Shown here one piece after another: positions 34,364-43,961 of a DNA stretch of 49,458 nt. The position numbers and the translations under genes are program-made. The notes under the pieces were generated by a model that saw only the letters and a program-made list of their open reading frames with translations, ran no database searches and was not told the origin of the DNA. Source of the stretch: a virus (lineage: Duplodnaviria; Caudoviricetes); the IMG/VR virus record IMGVR_UViG_3300020045_001121, positions 1 to 49,458 of that record, one strand, 5' to 3'. Every line of letters starts with the position of its first letter. Positions within the stretch are counted from its first letter, which is position 1.

Positions 34364-35955
34364 TCTGTTTTACTCCAAACTCTATCAATCACGTTAAAAA
34401 ATTTACCGTTCTTTTTGTGGCTTATCATGCTTGGTGGTTGTCCAATGGTTAAGCAAATTGCACAATGATCTAGATCATCGCTTAATGTAACGTCAGCTCT
34501 TTTTGCTATGTCTGCAACTGTCTGACGGGCCTTTATTCCTGCGTAATTGGTGTGGTTGACTGCATGATATTCAACAATCGCAGGGTTTGACAGTCCACCA
34601 TAGTAGCGCACTTGGAGCATGTCTAGGCCACTGGTTCGGCTTGTGTGCTTTTTCCACGCCCAGCTTGTCACCTGCATTTCGGTTGGTTCGATGCCCATGA
34701 TGTCCTCTCCGCGCAGGTAAACCTCTTTTGGCTTTTCATCTGGTGGTGGGAACTGGTGGCCACACGCGTCGCATTGTCTGACGCTTGCGTGGCATAGCTC
34801 GTCACATTGTGGACATGTCTTTGTTGGTGCTATTCCTGAGCCTTTACCGCCGCGCTTTGGTGGTGTTATCTGAGTGATTGGGCCGTGGGTGGCTACGTTT
34901 CCTGCGAAGTCTAGGACCATGCAATCTGTTTTTCCTGGTGCAATGCGTAAGCCCCTCCCGCTCATCTGGTAGAAAAGTGCAGCAGAAAGTGTGGGTCGCA
35001 GCATAACAATGCAGTCAATATTTGGCGCATCAAAACCAGTAGTCAAAATCCCCATGTTGGTGACTGCCTGAATTTTCCCGGCTTTGAAGTCTTTCAGGAT
35101 GCTGTCACGTTCCGCGTTTGGTGTGTTGCCAGTCACTGATTCAGCGCTTATGCCATGTTCTCGCAGCATATCGCGCACGTCTTCGCTGTGCTGTACCCCG
35201 GCACAAAATACAATCCAGCTTTTGCGATCTTTGGCGCGTTCTATCGTCTCTAAAACAGCCTTGACGTTGTTGTCGCTGGTATTCATGGCGACCTCTAGCG
35301 ACCGTCCTATAAACTCACCTCCTGACTTTTTAACTCCATCGGTTGATAGCGTCATTGATGTGTGCTTGCTTCGCAATGGTGCAAGGTAGCCACTCTCGAT
35401 AAGCTCCAAAATTGAAACGGGTTCAATCAAGTCTGAGAAAATAACCTCGTCGCCTTCATGGATCATCCCGTGACCTAATCGGTACGGGCTTGCCGTCAAG
35501 CCAATGACCCGCATATCTGGGTTAATCTCTAACAGGTCAGCGATTAAACGGCGATAGGTGCCGTTTTCTGTTGGACTGATTGAATGGCATTCATCCACGA
35601 TTAGCAAGTCGATATGGCCTATTTGCTTGCCTCTTTTGGCTACGCTTTGCACTCCTGCAAAAACAATCGGCTCTGTAAGGCAATACCGTTTAAGGCTTGC
35701 AGAATAAATACCCATTGGCGCATTAGGCCAGTGCTGGCGCATTTTTTCTGCGTTCTGCGCGATAAGCTCCTTTGAGTGCGTCAACATCAAAACCCGCGTT
35801 CCGGGCCATGATTGGATAGCATCCTTAACCAGTGCGGCGATGATGTGGCTTTTTCCTGCGCCAGTTGGTAGGACTAAGCAAGGGTTCCCAGTGTTACCAG
35901 CTGAAAACCACTCGTAGAGCATGTCGATGCTCCGTTGCTGATATTCACGCAACAT
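34360..35955 (-). CDS. SF2 DExH helicase with zinc finger (RadD/YejH-like)
   Basis: LREYQ, PTGAGKS, DECH, TASP, LTTGFDAP, QMSGRGLR, CPQC...C..CGH. Confidence 0.92.
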   Translation of the reverse strand: MLREYQQRSIDMLYEWFSAGNTGNPCLVLPTGAGKSHIIAALVKDAIQSWPGTRVLMLTHSKELIAQNAEKMRQHWPNAPMGIYSASLKRYCLTEPIVFAGVQSVAKRGKQIGHIDLLIVDECHSISPTENGTYRRLIADLLEINPDMRVIGLTASPYRLGHGMIHEGDEVIFSDLIEPVSILELIESGYLAPLRSKHTSMTLSTDGVKKSGGEFIGRSLEVAMNTSDNNVKAVLETIERAKDRKSWIVFCAGVQHSEDVRDMLREHGISAESVTGNTPNAERDSILKDFKAGKIQAVTNMGILTTGFDAPNIDCIVMLRPTLSAALFYQMSGRGLRIAPGKTDCMVLDFAGNVATHGPITQITPPKRGGKGSGIAPTKTCPQCDELCHASVRQCDACGHQFPPPDEKPKEVYLRGEDIMGIEPTEMQVTSWAWKKHTSRTSGLDMLQVRYYGGLSNPAIVEYHAVNHTNYAGIKARQTVADIAKRADVTLSDDLDHCAICLTIGQPPSMISHKKNGKFFNVIDRVWSKTE

Positions 35956-36379
35956 CTAAATTCTCACTTTTTAATTGTTCATAAATCAAATTCAATAACA
36001 TTGGCTGAAGTTTTTCCATAATATTCATTGAAATTAAAAAAACATCGCCATCACTTAGCTTTACTTTTTTCACTATTTCAGATTTCCAAAATGGAGATTT
36101 CTCAGTTACTGAAGAAACCTTTTTGTTAGTTTCATGTTCATCAAGCATAATTTTTGCCTTAGACCTAGCATGATCTAGGGTCATTTTTTCATTTGATCTT
36201 ATTGCAGTCCTAACTGATTTTTTATCAATTCTGCATTGAAAAATAAAAGATACCTTACCTTTTTTTATTTTTCTAATTCCAAAGCCATTTACAAGCGAAT
36301 CCCATATAAACAATTGTGACTCGTTATCACTGTTTTGAAATTCGTCTAAAACTTCTTGAGTTATTAGAACTTTTCCCAT
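35945..36379 (-). CDS. Stand-alone integrase arm-type DNA-binding domain protein
   Basis: IWDS...GFGIR....G..SFIFQ.R.......I.....MTL..AR.KA; no catalytic domain; AT-rich. Confidence 0.6.
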   Translation of the reverse strand: MGKVLITQEVLDEFQNSDNESQLFIWDSLVNGFGIRKIKKGKVSFIFQCRIDKKSVRTAIRSNEKMTLDHARSKAKIMLDEHETNKKVSSVTEKSPFWKSEIVKKVKLSDGDVFLISMNIMEKLQPMLLNLIYEQLKSENLDVA

Positions 36380-36416
36380 GATTGTCCTTTGATGTTGATA
36401 TGCTAGTGTAGCACAG

Positions 36417-37409
36417 TTACCCTACTACCCTCGCATCAAACTCACTAAACTTCTCACGCACGCCACTAGCGCACGCCTTCCAGTTAGCCACAATCTCGCG
36501 GCTTAAATAACCCTCTGGTGCATTGTGTATCGTGCCTTCTTTAGTCAACCAGATAACTCCATTGTTAGTACCTTCCATTTCCCATACTGGAGTCATATCA
36601 GGGTGCAAAATATGGTTGTCGCAGCCTGCTAACTGAGCATTCAAGTCTGGAATTGTCATTTCCCAATGAGCGCACTCCCATGTTCCATCTTCCATAGCGG
36701 TGCTAAAACAACACGTTCTACAGTTCACTTCTTTGGTAAGTTTTTCACCAAAACAGAGATCCCGCGCCGCGCAAAACTTGCATTCAAACCACGAAGAATC
36801 CGTGCTTATTCCAGCGGGTGCGCGGTCAGCTTTAACGATGCGATGCCCGCGTTTAATGGCCTTTTCAGCCACATCAGCGTTAAATGGCACTTGCTCTATG
36901 TATAGCTCGTCCGAGTCCTTGCAGACCATAACAAACAAAGCATTATTGATCTGTTTGCCACTCATATAAAGTTGGCATTGCACAAAATATGTGAAGTTGG
37001 CTTTCTGCAAACCGTCTTTTTGCATTGTCTTAAACTTTTTCAGGCTGGCCGTCTTAATCTCTAAGATGTGTTTTTCTTTGGAGTTACCCGGTACGCCCGA
37101 CTCAATAATGCCGTCAATCGACCCTGATACATGGCATCCAAAATCTACACGGCTTTGATTCGTGCCAGTGCTGACAATTTTCATGCCAATATTTTGCAAA
37201 TCTGAAACTACCGTCCGCTCTTCTAGCTGGCCACGGCGAAAAAGGCGCAGGATTCGACCTGGAAATTTCTCAATCACGGCGAAGCGAAAAGAAAACCATA
37301 GGTATCGGTCACACGCATGTCCAAGTTGTGAGCATCCCATGTGGCCGCGTGGGCCTTCTTGGTTGGCTTCGTGGTGCGCGTCGATTAGCTCTTGAATGTC
37401 TTGTGACAT
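36417..37409 (-). CDS. PD-(D/E)XK Cas4-like exonuclease
   Basis: G.S.LG..C.R.LW..FR, GSIDG, LEIKT, Q.Q.YM, C.FC...C, NCRTC. Confidence 0.88.
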   Translation of the reverse strand: MSQDIQELIDAHHEANQEGPRGHMGCSQLGHACDRYLWFSFRFAVIEKFPGRILRLFRRGQLEERTVVSDLQNIGMKIVSTGTNQSRVDFGCHVSGSIDGIIESGVPGNSKEKHILEIKTASLKKFKTMQKDGLQKANFTYFVQCQLYMSGKQINNALFVMVCKDSDELYIEQVPFNADVAEKAIKRGHRIVKADRAPAGISTDSSWFECKFCAARDLCFGEKLTKEVNCRTCCFSTAMEDGTWECAHWEMTIPDLNAQLAGCDNHILHPDMTPVWEMEGTNNGVIWLTKEGTIHNAPEGYLSREIVANWKACASGVREKFSEFDARVVG

Positions 37410-37433
37410 TGTTTTTCCTTTTTGTTGATAAGA

Positions 37434-37456
37434 AAACCCGCTGATTAGGCGGGTTA
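37434..37456 (-). terminator. Terminator hairpin
   Basis: AAAACCCGC-TGATTAG-GCGGGTT (T run on the - strand). Confidence 0.65.
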
Positions 37457-37462
37457 GTCATG

Positions 37463-39958
37463 TTACTCTGTTTCTACGTCCAAAATATCAAAAAGTGAAG
37501 GCATAGAAAACTCTTTTTCTGCTGACTTTAGGTAATGAACTTGGTCAACAAAATAGGCCGCATTCAACTCGCTACCTCCACCTGTACGGCCTTTGAGAAT
37601 GGCGCGATAAGGCACAGTTCCAAGGCCGCAAAATGGGTCATAAACCTTATCTCCTTTGTTGCTGTAGCGTTCAATCAAACGATCAACAATGTCGAATTGC
37701 AAAGGGCAAATATGTTTTTCAGTGTTGCGCTTTGACTGATCTCCGTTAAGAGTCAACATCCTCAAAATGTCATGCCAAACGCCTTCATCGTTTGAACCAG
37801 GCGCAAGGCTCATAAAGGTAGATGGAAGTGATCCGCGTGCCTCCAGTTCTTCACCAATTTTTACGTGAAAATCATAATCATAGATTGTGTTCAAGCTATA
37901 TTTTGTGAACATGCTTGCCAACTTATCCGGGCCAAGTTGCGCCATTTCCTCACTGGTAATGCTGCGGTTTCCACTGGAGCGCCAGAATGCGTGAGCGTCA
38001 ACTTGCCAATGTGCCCGTGTGTAATCAGCTTTCGACTTCATCACTGGTAGGTCGGCATATCCACGGCTACGATCTGTTTGTGGCTTGCGAAACAAAACGA
38101 TGTACTCTGGTGAACCAACTCCCATTTTGGTGCCGTCCTTACACTGCTCTGACCATCCAAGACGGTAGGTTCCGTTGTTCTCGCGTACAACGTCAGTTAC
38201 CACTGTAATCATTCCAAGGTAGTCGAAACCGTGTTTAATTCCGTGCATGATGGTTTCGCAGTGAAACGGGCTTGAAGTTGGTACGCCGGTTCCGGTTGCA
38301 TTTCCAAACAAGATGCGATCTTTGACGTGGCAACAATACAATCGACCCGGCTGCAACATGCGTAACAGTTCAGGCGTCAGATAGTCCATCTGTTTCCAGA
38401 ATTGATCGTTGTCCTCAGTGTGGCCAAAGTCGTTATATGATGGGCTGTATTCGTAATGGTTCGCAAATGGGATGCTTGTAACCATCAGGCCGACGCTGTT
38501 ATCTGGTTGCAGCTTCGCTTCTTCTACGCAGTCATTATTTGCGACTTCGAACTTGTCGCCAGTTACTACAATTCGTTTTGAGCCAATTGAACGGGCCAAA
38601 ACGTCTTGCATTGCAAGTTGATTCAGGCCGTATTGCTTAATAATTTTTGTCATATTTTCAACCATAACTTCGTGGTTTGCCCACTTTGCTTGTAATGTGC
38701 GCAAAACTTCGCGCTCTGCTTCGCTGTAAATGATGTCAATTCGCACTTTGTTCGGCTGCTGGAATCGCTGGATTCGGTGGCAGGCTTGAATAAAGTCGTT
38801 AAACTTAAAACCGATACCCGCGAAAATAGCGCGGTGGCAGTGGCGTTGAAAGTTGCAACCTGACCCGGCAATGATTGGTTTTGTTGACAGGATGCGGTAT
38901 CCACCGTTTCCAAAGTCAACGATACGTTGCTCACGCAGGTCGAGGTCTTGACTGCCCCAAACGCTCACGGTTTCAGGTATTGCTTTTTGAATTGAATGGC
39001 GCTCTTGTTCTAGGTCGTGCCAAATTACAAAATGATCTTCTGGCGATAAATCGACAATCTCTTTTGCTTTAGCAACCCGTGAACCCATGCTGTCGCGCTT
39101 TTCGCTTGCAGCTTGAGACAATCCGAGTGCCGGATTCTGAAACATCAGATTTTGACCATCACGGTCAGCACCTGCCATTGTGTAGTCGGTCGGAACTTCG
39201 TGGTAAACAACCTCCATTTCAGGTAAGTCATAGCCTTCGTCTGAATAACCAAGATCACTTGGTTTTTGGATGAACACCGCCCAGCTTGATACCCATAACC
39301 AGAACTCTTGTTCTTTGTGCGGGTAAAGTGTAAGGTTATTGGCTTGCGTGCTGTCACGCTGGAAAAACCGCGTAAGAGCTTGGCCGGTGTCCATAATGCC
39401 TAAAAATCCGGCGTAGTGAATCAACTCTTTAAAGCGATTCGGCGAAGGTGTTGCTGTATTTACAAGCTTGAACTTTACCTTTGCGAAGATTGGTAAAAAC
39501 TCTTGATAGGTTTTGCTGCCATAGCTTCTCAAAACACTAGCTTCATCAAGACTTACGGCGGTAAAGTGTGACGGGTCAAGTTTGCCGTCACGCGCTGATT
39601 CGTAGTTTGTGATGTAAAAGTGGTGATCTGGTGTCATCTCTTCCATGCGACGGATAAAGCGAAGTTCTACGCCTACCATTGCAGCGTCACGAATAAGCTC
39701 TTGCCTAACACCAAGCGGGCAAATAATCAAGCCATCGCCACCTGCTGAATTGATAATCTGGCGAAGCCATTCACATTGCATTACAGACTTGCCAAGTCCA
39801 AACTTAGCGAAGATGGCTCGGTTTCCACCTTGTACAGCCCATTGGCAGATATCGCGCTGGTGCGGGTACAAAATTGGATGCAGGTTATTTGGTTCAATAG
39901 TGTACCCACTGAAATTCGCCATCTTTATCTTCTGGCGTAAGAAATCATCGTAACTCAT
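37463..39958 (-). CDS. SNF2-like helicase fused to N4/N6 DNA methyltransferase
   Basis: GLGKS, DEAS, TATP.PN, Q...RI.RF.Q; then TSIPF, HICPLQ, DPFCGLGT. Confidence 0.88.
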   Translation of the reverse strand: MSYDDFLRQKIKMANFSGYTIEPNNLHPILYPHQRDICQWAVQGGNRAIFAKFGLGKSVMQCEWLRQIINSAGGDGLIICPLGVRQELIRDAAMVGVELRFIRRMEEMTPDHHFYITNYESARDGKLDPSHFTAVSLDEASVLRSYGSKTYQEFLPIFAKVKFKLVNTATPSPNRFKELIHYAGFLGIMDTGQALTRFFQRDSTQANNLTLYPHKEQEFWLWVSSWAVFIQKPSDLGYSDEGYDLPEMEVVYHEVPTDYTMAGADRDGQNLMFQNPALGLSQAASEKRDSMGSRVAKAKEIVDLSPEDHFVIWHDLEQERHSIQKAIPETVSVWGSQDLDLREQRIVDFGNGGYRILSTKPIIAGSGCNFQRHCHRAIFAGIGFKFNDFIQACHRIQRFQQPNKVRIDIIYSEAEREVLRTLQAKWANHEVMVENMTKIIKQYGLNQLAMQDVLARSIGSKRIVVTGDKFEVANNDCVEEAKLQPDNSVGLMVTSIPFANHYEYSPSYNDFGHTEDNDQFWKQMDYLTPELLRMLQPGRLYCCHVKDRILFGNATGTGVPTSSPFHCETIMHGIKHGFDYLGMITVVTDVVRENNGTYRLGWSEQCKDGTKMGVGSPEYIVLFRKPQTDRSRGYADLPVMKSKADYTRAHWQVDAHAFWRSSGNRSITSEEMAQLGPDKLASMFTKYSLNTIYDYDFHVKIGEELEARGSLPSTFMSLAPGSNDEGVWHDILRMLTLNGDQSKRNTEKHICPLQFDIVDRLIERYSNKGDKVYDPFCGLGTVPYRAILKGRTGGGSELNAAYFVDQVHYLKSAEKEFSMPSLFDILDVETE

Positions 39959-39977
39959 AACAATCCTTTTGTGTTGA

Positions 39978-39997
39978 TAAACCCGCCGAAGCGGGTA
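39978..39997 (-). terminator. Terminator hairpin
   Basis: AAACCCGC-CGAA-GCGGGT (UUCG loop and T run on the - strand). Confidence 0.7.
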
Positions 39998-40007
39998 TTA
40001 TTTTTAC

Positions 40008-40550
40008 TTACTTACGAGCCCAAGGTGGCGACTTAGCCGCCGGTGCTGGCGTTGCCTGACGTTGTGGTGCTGGCGCTGCTTGACGTGGTGTAGGTGCTTG
40101 CGCTCCGCCTGCTAGTGGCTTGTAGGCTTTTACATCGTTTCCAGCTTTGTATTTTTCTACCTTGTTGCCGCGTTCATCAGTGACGTATACGGCGTCTTTG
40201 ACTGCCAACTTGACAATTATTTGTCCTGACAAAAGCTGATCGGTGTCCTCAAACGTAGCCGCCTGAATTCCGAGAATACGCAGAATGTCACCCAACTGAC
40301 CACGGCCAATAGCCTCTGATTTTTGACTTGGATTTTGAATGTTCAACATAGAAAACACAATGCGCCCCATGTGAGTCGGGCCGTCAACGATCATCTTCAA
40401 ATTGATATATGTGCCGTCTCCTGCCTTGGTTTGCTTCAGGTCTGCGCCGTCAATGGTGACGCTGTATTCCCCGGCTGGCAGTGGTGAAAAATCACCGTCT
40501 CCAGTTGATTGAAGGTCGTCTTCCGTGAAGCTAAATCCGATATGTGCCAT
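40008..40550 (-). CDS. DUF669 single-stranded DNA-binding protein
   Basis: F.PLPAGEY.V.I..A..K.TK.G.G.Y, N.VK.YK, Pro/Ala tail ending PPW. Confidence 0.85.
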   Translation of the reverse strand: MAHIGFSFTEDDLQSTGDGDFSPLPAGEYSVTIDGADLKQTKAGDGTYINLKMIVDGPTHMGRIVFSMLNIQNPSQKSEAIGRGQLGDILRILGIQAATFEDTDQLLSGQIIVKLAVKDAVYVTDERGNKVEKYKAGNDVKAYKPLAGGAQAPTPRQAAPAPQRQATPAPAAKSPPWARK

Positions 40551-40555
40551 TTGAT

Positions 40556-40945
40556 TTATTCCTTATTAACAGTAGTGATTGAAAATGATGGCCGTGAAGC
40601 CGTTGTGGTGATAGCTTTTGAGAGCTTGTTTCGCGCATTTTCAGATGCGTTTTTCCATGATGTAAGGTTGATTTCAGGTTTCCAGCGAAACAATGTACCA
40701 AGCTGGTCTTGTAATCCTTCTTCGCTTGCAATTTCCTGAACCAGATCAGCGTCAACCTTGCGATTTAAGCGGGTTGTAACTTTTACGGTAAAGTCATCTA
40801 GTTTAGTCGTTTGAACGGCGTCTAAGCGTTCGTCAACCTTCAAGGCTTCGCTTAGTTGGTCTTCGATAGATCGGCGTCGTTCTTGCGCTTCGTGTTCGTC
40901 AGACTTGGCTTTTAGCCATTGTTTTGAGAGTTCTGAGGTGTTCAT
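40556..40945 (-). CDS. Conserved recombination-module protein
   Basis: W..AK..E..A...RR.IED, FRWKPEI, AITT...RPSF. Confidence 0.7.
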   Translation of the reverse strand: MNTSELSKQWLKAKSDEHEAQERRRSIEDQLSEALKVDERLDAVQTTKLDDFTVKVTTRLNRKVDADLVQEIASEEGLQDQLGTLFRWKPEINLTSWKNASENARNKLSKAITTTASRPSFSITTVNKE

Positions 40946-41121
40946 TCTCCGCCTTTCAATAGTTCATTTGCTTTTTCAATGCACTCATTGCAAATGTTTC
41001 GTTCATCTTTTCCGGCTTGATTATTTGAAACAAGCCGCTCAACTTGGTGTTCAGTCTTGCCACAGAAAGAACATTTACGCTGCACTTTAGGTGGCTCTGT
41101 GAAGTTGATAATGTTGGTCAT
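40942..41121 (-). CDS. Stand-alone ClpX-type C4 zinc finger (59 aa)
   Basis: Manual translation ...CSFCGKTEHQVERLV...ICNECIEKANELL. Confidence 0.75.
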   Translation of the reverse strand: MTNIINFTEPPKVQRKCSFCGKTEHQVERLVSNNQAGKDERNICNECIEKANELLKGGE

Positions 41122-41291
41122 TTGAGTTCAACTTTGCGCAAATAGTATTCTGTACTTACTGTTCTTTTTGCATTGTGTTCATCACAAAACTTTTGCGCTT
41201 CTTTGCGATTTGAAAAAACAAATTTTGGAGTAGGAATAGCTATCGCAATTGGAGAGTAAAACGTACTCATGACAACATACATGCTACTCAT
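41118..41291 (-). CDS. Hypothetical protein (57 aa)
   Basis: ATGA overlaps at both ends. Confidence 0.55.
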   Translation of the reverse strand: MSSMYVVMSTFYSPIAIAIPTPKFVFSNRKEAQKFCDEHNAKRTVSTEYYLRKVELK

Positions 41292-41575
41292 TTTCGAGCC
41301 TCTAGCATGGCGTCGGCAAAGATATATGAACTATCCGCAACATCTTTTGCAAAATCCTCATAAGTTTCATCATCGCTTTTTTGAGTTGTATTATCAGAAC
41401 AGATTCCTTGCATCGCCTTCGCTGCAAAGTAATCGCGAAGTGTTGCTCCGGCAAATTGTTGTGACGCACCAGGAGAAAGGTCATCAGTTCCAAAAAATCC
41501 AGGTTGATAAGACGATGTTTGGTTGCGGTACTCAAACGGAAACACTGGACCTCCGTTATCAATTTCTTTTTTCAT
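41288..41575 (-). CDS. Hypothetical phage protein (GGP.FP...TLRDYFAAKAMQG family)
   Basis: Motifs GGPVFP, TLRDYFAAKAMQG, Y..ADAML.AR. Confidence 0.75.
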   Translation of the reverse strand: MKKEIDNGGPVFPFEYRNQTSSYQPGFFGTDDLSPGASQQFAGATLRDYFAAKAMQGICSDNTTQKSDDETYEDFAKDVADSSYIFADAMLEARK

Positions 41576-42312
41576 ACAACCGCCTTAATCATTGCATCAT
41601 TAAAAGAATTCCAATTCAGAGAAAAGCTATCGGTCAAGCTGTAGCGATTTTTAGCCAAGTAAGCGGGCTTCTCTTGAGTGAAGATCATGCGTTCACCATT
41701 GCTAATAGCACGTCCGCGCTCCTTATTGAAGCCTAAGTCTTCTTTCTTGACGACCGTCTTGTAATTTGCAAAGAAAACACAGTCTGCCCATTCTTGGATG
41801 ATGGCGCTTGAACGGGTTTGTAGCTTTGGCTGATAACGGTCATAGCTGTCCACCTCGGGGCTATCGAAACGCTTAATCTCACTATGTCCAATTAGGATGA
41901 CGTTCATGCCTTTGTCATTTCGCAGGGCGTTAAACCCGTCGAGAATGTCGCGCCACTTGTTAGCCAGATACATTGAAGCCCGGCCATAAGCTAGTTCTTT
42001 GGCGTCATGTTCTGCTTCAATCTCGCTATTAAGCAAGTTCTCTAGCCAGTCAACTGTGTCAAGTGCAACCGTCTGGTATTCGTGTTCCTCGGTGTAAAGC
42101 GTCTGGATCATTTCCATAACGTCAGCGCTACTGGTGGCAATTGGAAAATGTGCCACGTCCAAGGCGTCTAGGCCGTCTTCAGCGCAAATGAAGATCGGGT
42201 TTGGTGCTTGGCTGGCAAAGGTTGATTTACCAATGCCATGCGTTGAGTACAAGAAAATGCGAGGGGGACGAAGGTTTTTACCCTTCTTGATGGAGCTAAG
42301 GTCGATTGCCAT
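41572..42312 (-). CDS. Sak4-like AAA ATPase recombinase
   Basis: GIGKSTFA, EDG, DTVDWLE, YG, GHS, EWADCVFFA, AKNRY; next to exonuclease and SSB. Confidence 0.88.
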   Translation of the reverse strand: MAIDLSSIKKGKNLRPPRIFLYSTHGIGKSTFASQAPNPIFICAEDGLDALDVAHFPIATSSADVMEMIQTLYTEEHEYQTVALDTVDWLENLLNSEIEAEHDAKELAYGRASMYLANKWRDILDGFNALRNDKGMNVILIGHSEIKRFDSPEVDSYDRYQPKLQTRSSAIIQEWADCVFFANYKTVVKKEDLGFNKERGRAISNGERMIFTQEKPAYLAKNRYSLTDSFSLNWNSFNDAMIKAVV

Positions 42313-42386
42313 TTGTGAATCCTATCTGTTGAATTAGCCACCGTCTGACGGTCAGTTAGTGGCATGGTCTAAGTGTAGCGCAATTA

Positions 42387-42647
42387 TTAGGTGTTTTTCC
42401 AAACGCTTGCAATATTTTTTGAAGAATGTGAAATTTTCATCTCTTGTTCTTTTCTTGCTTCACGCTGCACTTTTTCTGCTGCGTAGTCTCGTTTTCGCTT
42501 ACTTTTTGGCATTGCACCATCAAAAATTGTCTCGATTGTGACGTACTTTTGAAAGCAGCAATTGCACAGTCTTAGCCTGTAGACCTCCGTTGTGCTTTCG
42601 CGCCTGGTTTCAAGCACGCATGACTGGGCGTTGTGTTGGCAGGTCAT
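42387..42647 (-). CDS. NrdR-like zinc-ribbon protein
   Basis: C.H...S.VLETR......YR.R.C..C......T.E. Confidence 0.55.
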   Translation of the reverse strand: MTCQHNAQSCVLETRRESTTEVYRLRLCNCCFQKYVTIETIFDGAMPKSKRKRDYAAEKVQREARKEQEMKISHSSKNIASVWKNT

Positions 42648-43291
42648 TTCATCACCGGAAAGAATGCGTTAATCGTCACTGGTGCTACTTTGCGAAGTTC
42701 ATCTAAAACCTGTTGTGCAATTGCGCGGTGTTCTTTTTGCGTTGACGGGTCAAGTCGTGATTGCAGGTAATGCAGCCAACTGCGAAGCGTGCCACTCATA
42801 TACATGCGGCTGGTTGTCAATCCTTCAGGTAGTATGGCGCGGGCCTGTTCTTTTGCTACGCCATTTTTAAGCGCCCAGTCATAGGCGTCTTGCGCCTCTA
42901 GCATGATCTTGTTTTGCAAATGAGCCCATGAATTTGACAGCCATTGATTATCCTCTCCAGCCTCAATTGAGTTCTGTCGGTTAACCGAGTCTTGTAATCG
43001 GCATTCACGCAATGGTGCGTCTGGTAGGTCGTTCGTGTTGGCATAACGTTGACTAAACTCTTGAAATGAAAAGCTACGATGGCGCAAAATCTGACGGCCA
43101 ATGTCTCTTGTCGTCGTGATCTCAATACACGCGCTCGCCATTTCAAACGGGCTTACATGGTTATGCGTCATCATGTATTTCAACAAACCAGTAATTGATT
43201 CATTATCCTGATTGGCTGGGTTTGATACCCGAGCAATGTAGGCGATAAGTTTGTCAGCTTCGGGCGTTGCCCAGATTAGTTTTGTGTTCAT
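42644..43291 (-). CDS. thyX: FAD-dependent thymidylate synthase
   Basis: ARVS, H.SPFE, QILRHRSFSFQEFSQRY, EQARAILP, Q.EHR. Confidence 0.95.
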   Translation of the reverse strand: MNTKLIWATPEADKLIAYIARVSNPANQDNESITGLLKYMMTHNHVSPFEMASACIEITTTRDIGRQILRHRSFSFQEFSQRYANTNDLPDAPLRECRLQDSVNRQNSIEAGEDNQWLSNSWAHLQNKIMLEAQDAYDWALKNGVAKEQARAILPEGLTTSRMYMSGTLRSWLHYLQSRLDPSTQKEHRAIAQQVLDELRKVAPVTINAFFPVMK

Positions 43292-43530
43292 TTCATTCTC
43301 ACTTTAAATTCATCAAAAGATTCTTTTTTTGTTTGCTCGGATGAAACCCAGTCATATTCTGACAGCATCCACCTATGTAATTTTGCCGCATCTTCAAGCG
43401 CCTGTTTACGGGACAGACTGCCATGCTCAATAACCTCATCTATCAAGGCTTCTTTGAATGGTGATTTAGGCAGGCAAGCTATCAGTGCATTGAGCGTTTT
43501 GCAAAATTCTTCTATTGATTCATTACTCAT
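43288..43530 (-). CDS. Hypothetical protein
   Basis: 80 aa, ATGA-coupled. Confidence 0.6.
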   Translation of the reverse strand: MSNESIEEFCKTLNALIACLPKSPFKEALIDEVIEHGSLSRKQALEDAAKLHRWMLSEYDWVSSEQTKKESFDEFKVRMK

Positions 43531-43961
43531 TTTGATTCTCCAATAATCTCAAATTCAATCCCGCATTCATCAAACAGGCGCTTAGATCGTGCATAACTAT
43601 CAGCCCATCTAGTAATAAATGCAGCGTCAGGATTAGCCGCTATAACCCGCACAATCCCAGCCTGAACGATGGCCCTTGCACAGTCAATGCACGGCGGGTG
43701 AGTTACTACCAAAGTAGTTCCATTGGTTGAAAACCCAGCCTTTGCCGCTGCGTAAATGGCATTGCGTTCTGCATGCTCAAACCAGAAATACTTCTCTGGA
43801 CGTTCTTTGCGCTCGTCTTCGTCAGCATTGCACTTTCGTGGTGCGCCGTTATATCCCCATGGGCCACCGCTTCCGTCTTTGCCAATAATCACGGCGCCTA
43901 CTTTTGTAGTATCTTTACTTAGTTGTGCGACTGCTTTGGCTATTTTTAGGTATTTGCTCAT
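43527..43961 (-). CDS. dCMP deaminase
   Basis: SKD..KVGAVI, GYNG, HAERNAI, PCIDCARAIVQAGI. Confidence 0.92.
   Translation of the reverse strand: MSKYLKIAKAVAQLSKDTTKVGAVIIGKDGSGGPWGYNGAPRKCNADEDERKERPEKYFWFEHAERNAIYAAAKAGFSTNGTTLVVTHPPCIDCARAIVQAGIVRVIAANPDAAFITRWADSYARSKRLFDECGIEFEIIGESK

Noticed and set aside
35945-36379. Integrase or lysogeny module
   Set aside because: No catalytic R-H-R-Y domain, no att site and no clear repressor; lifestyle is unresolved
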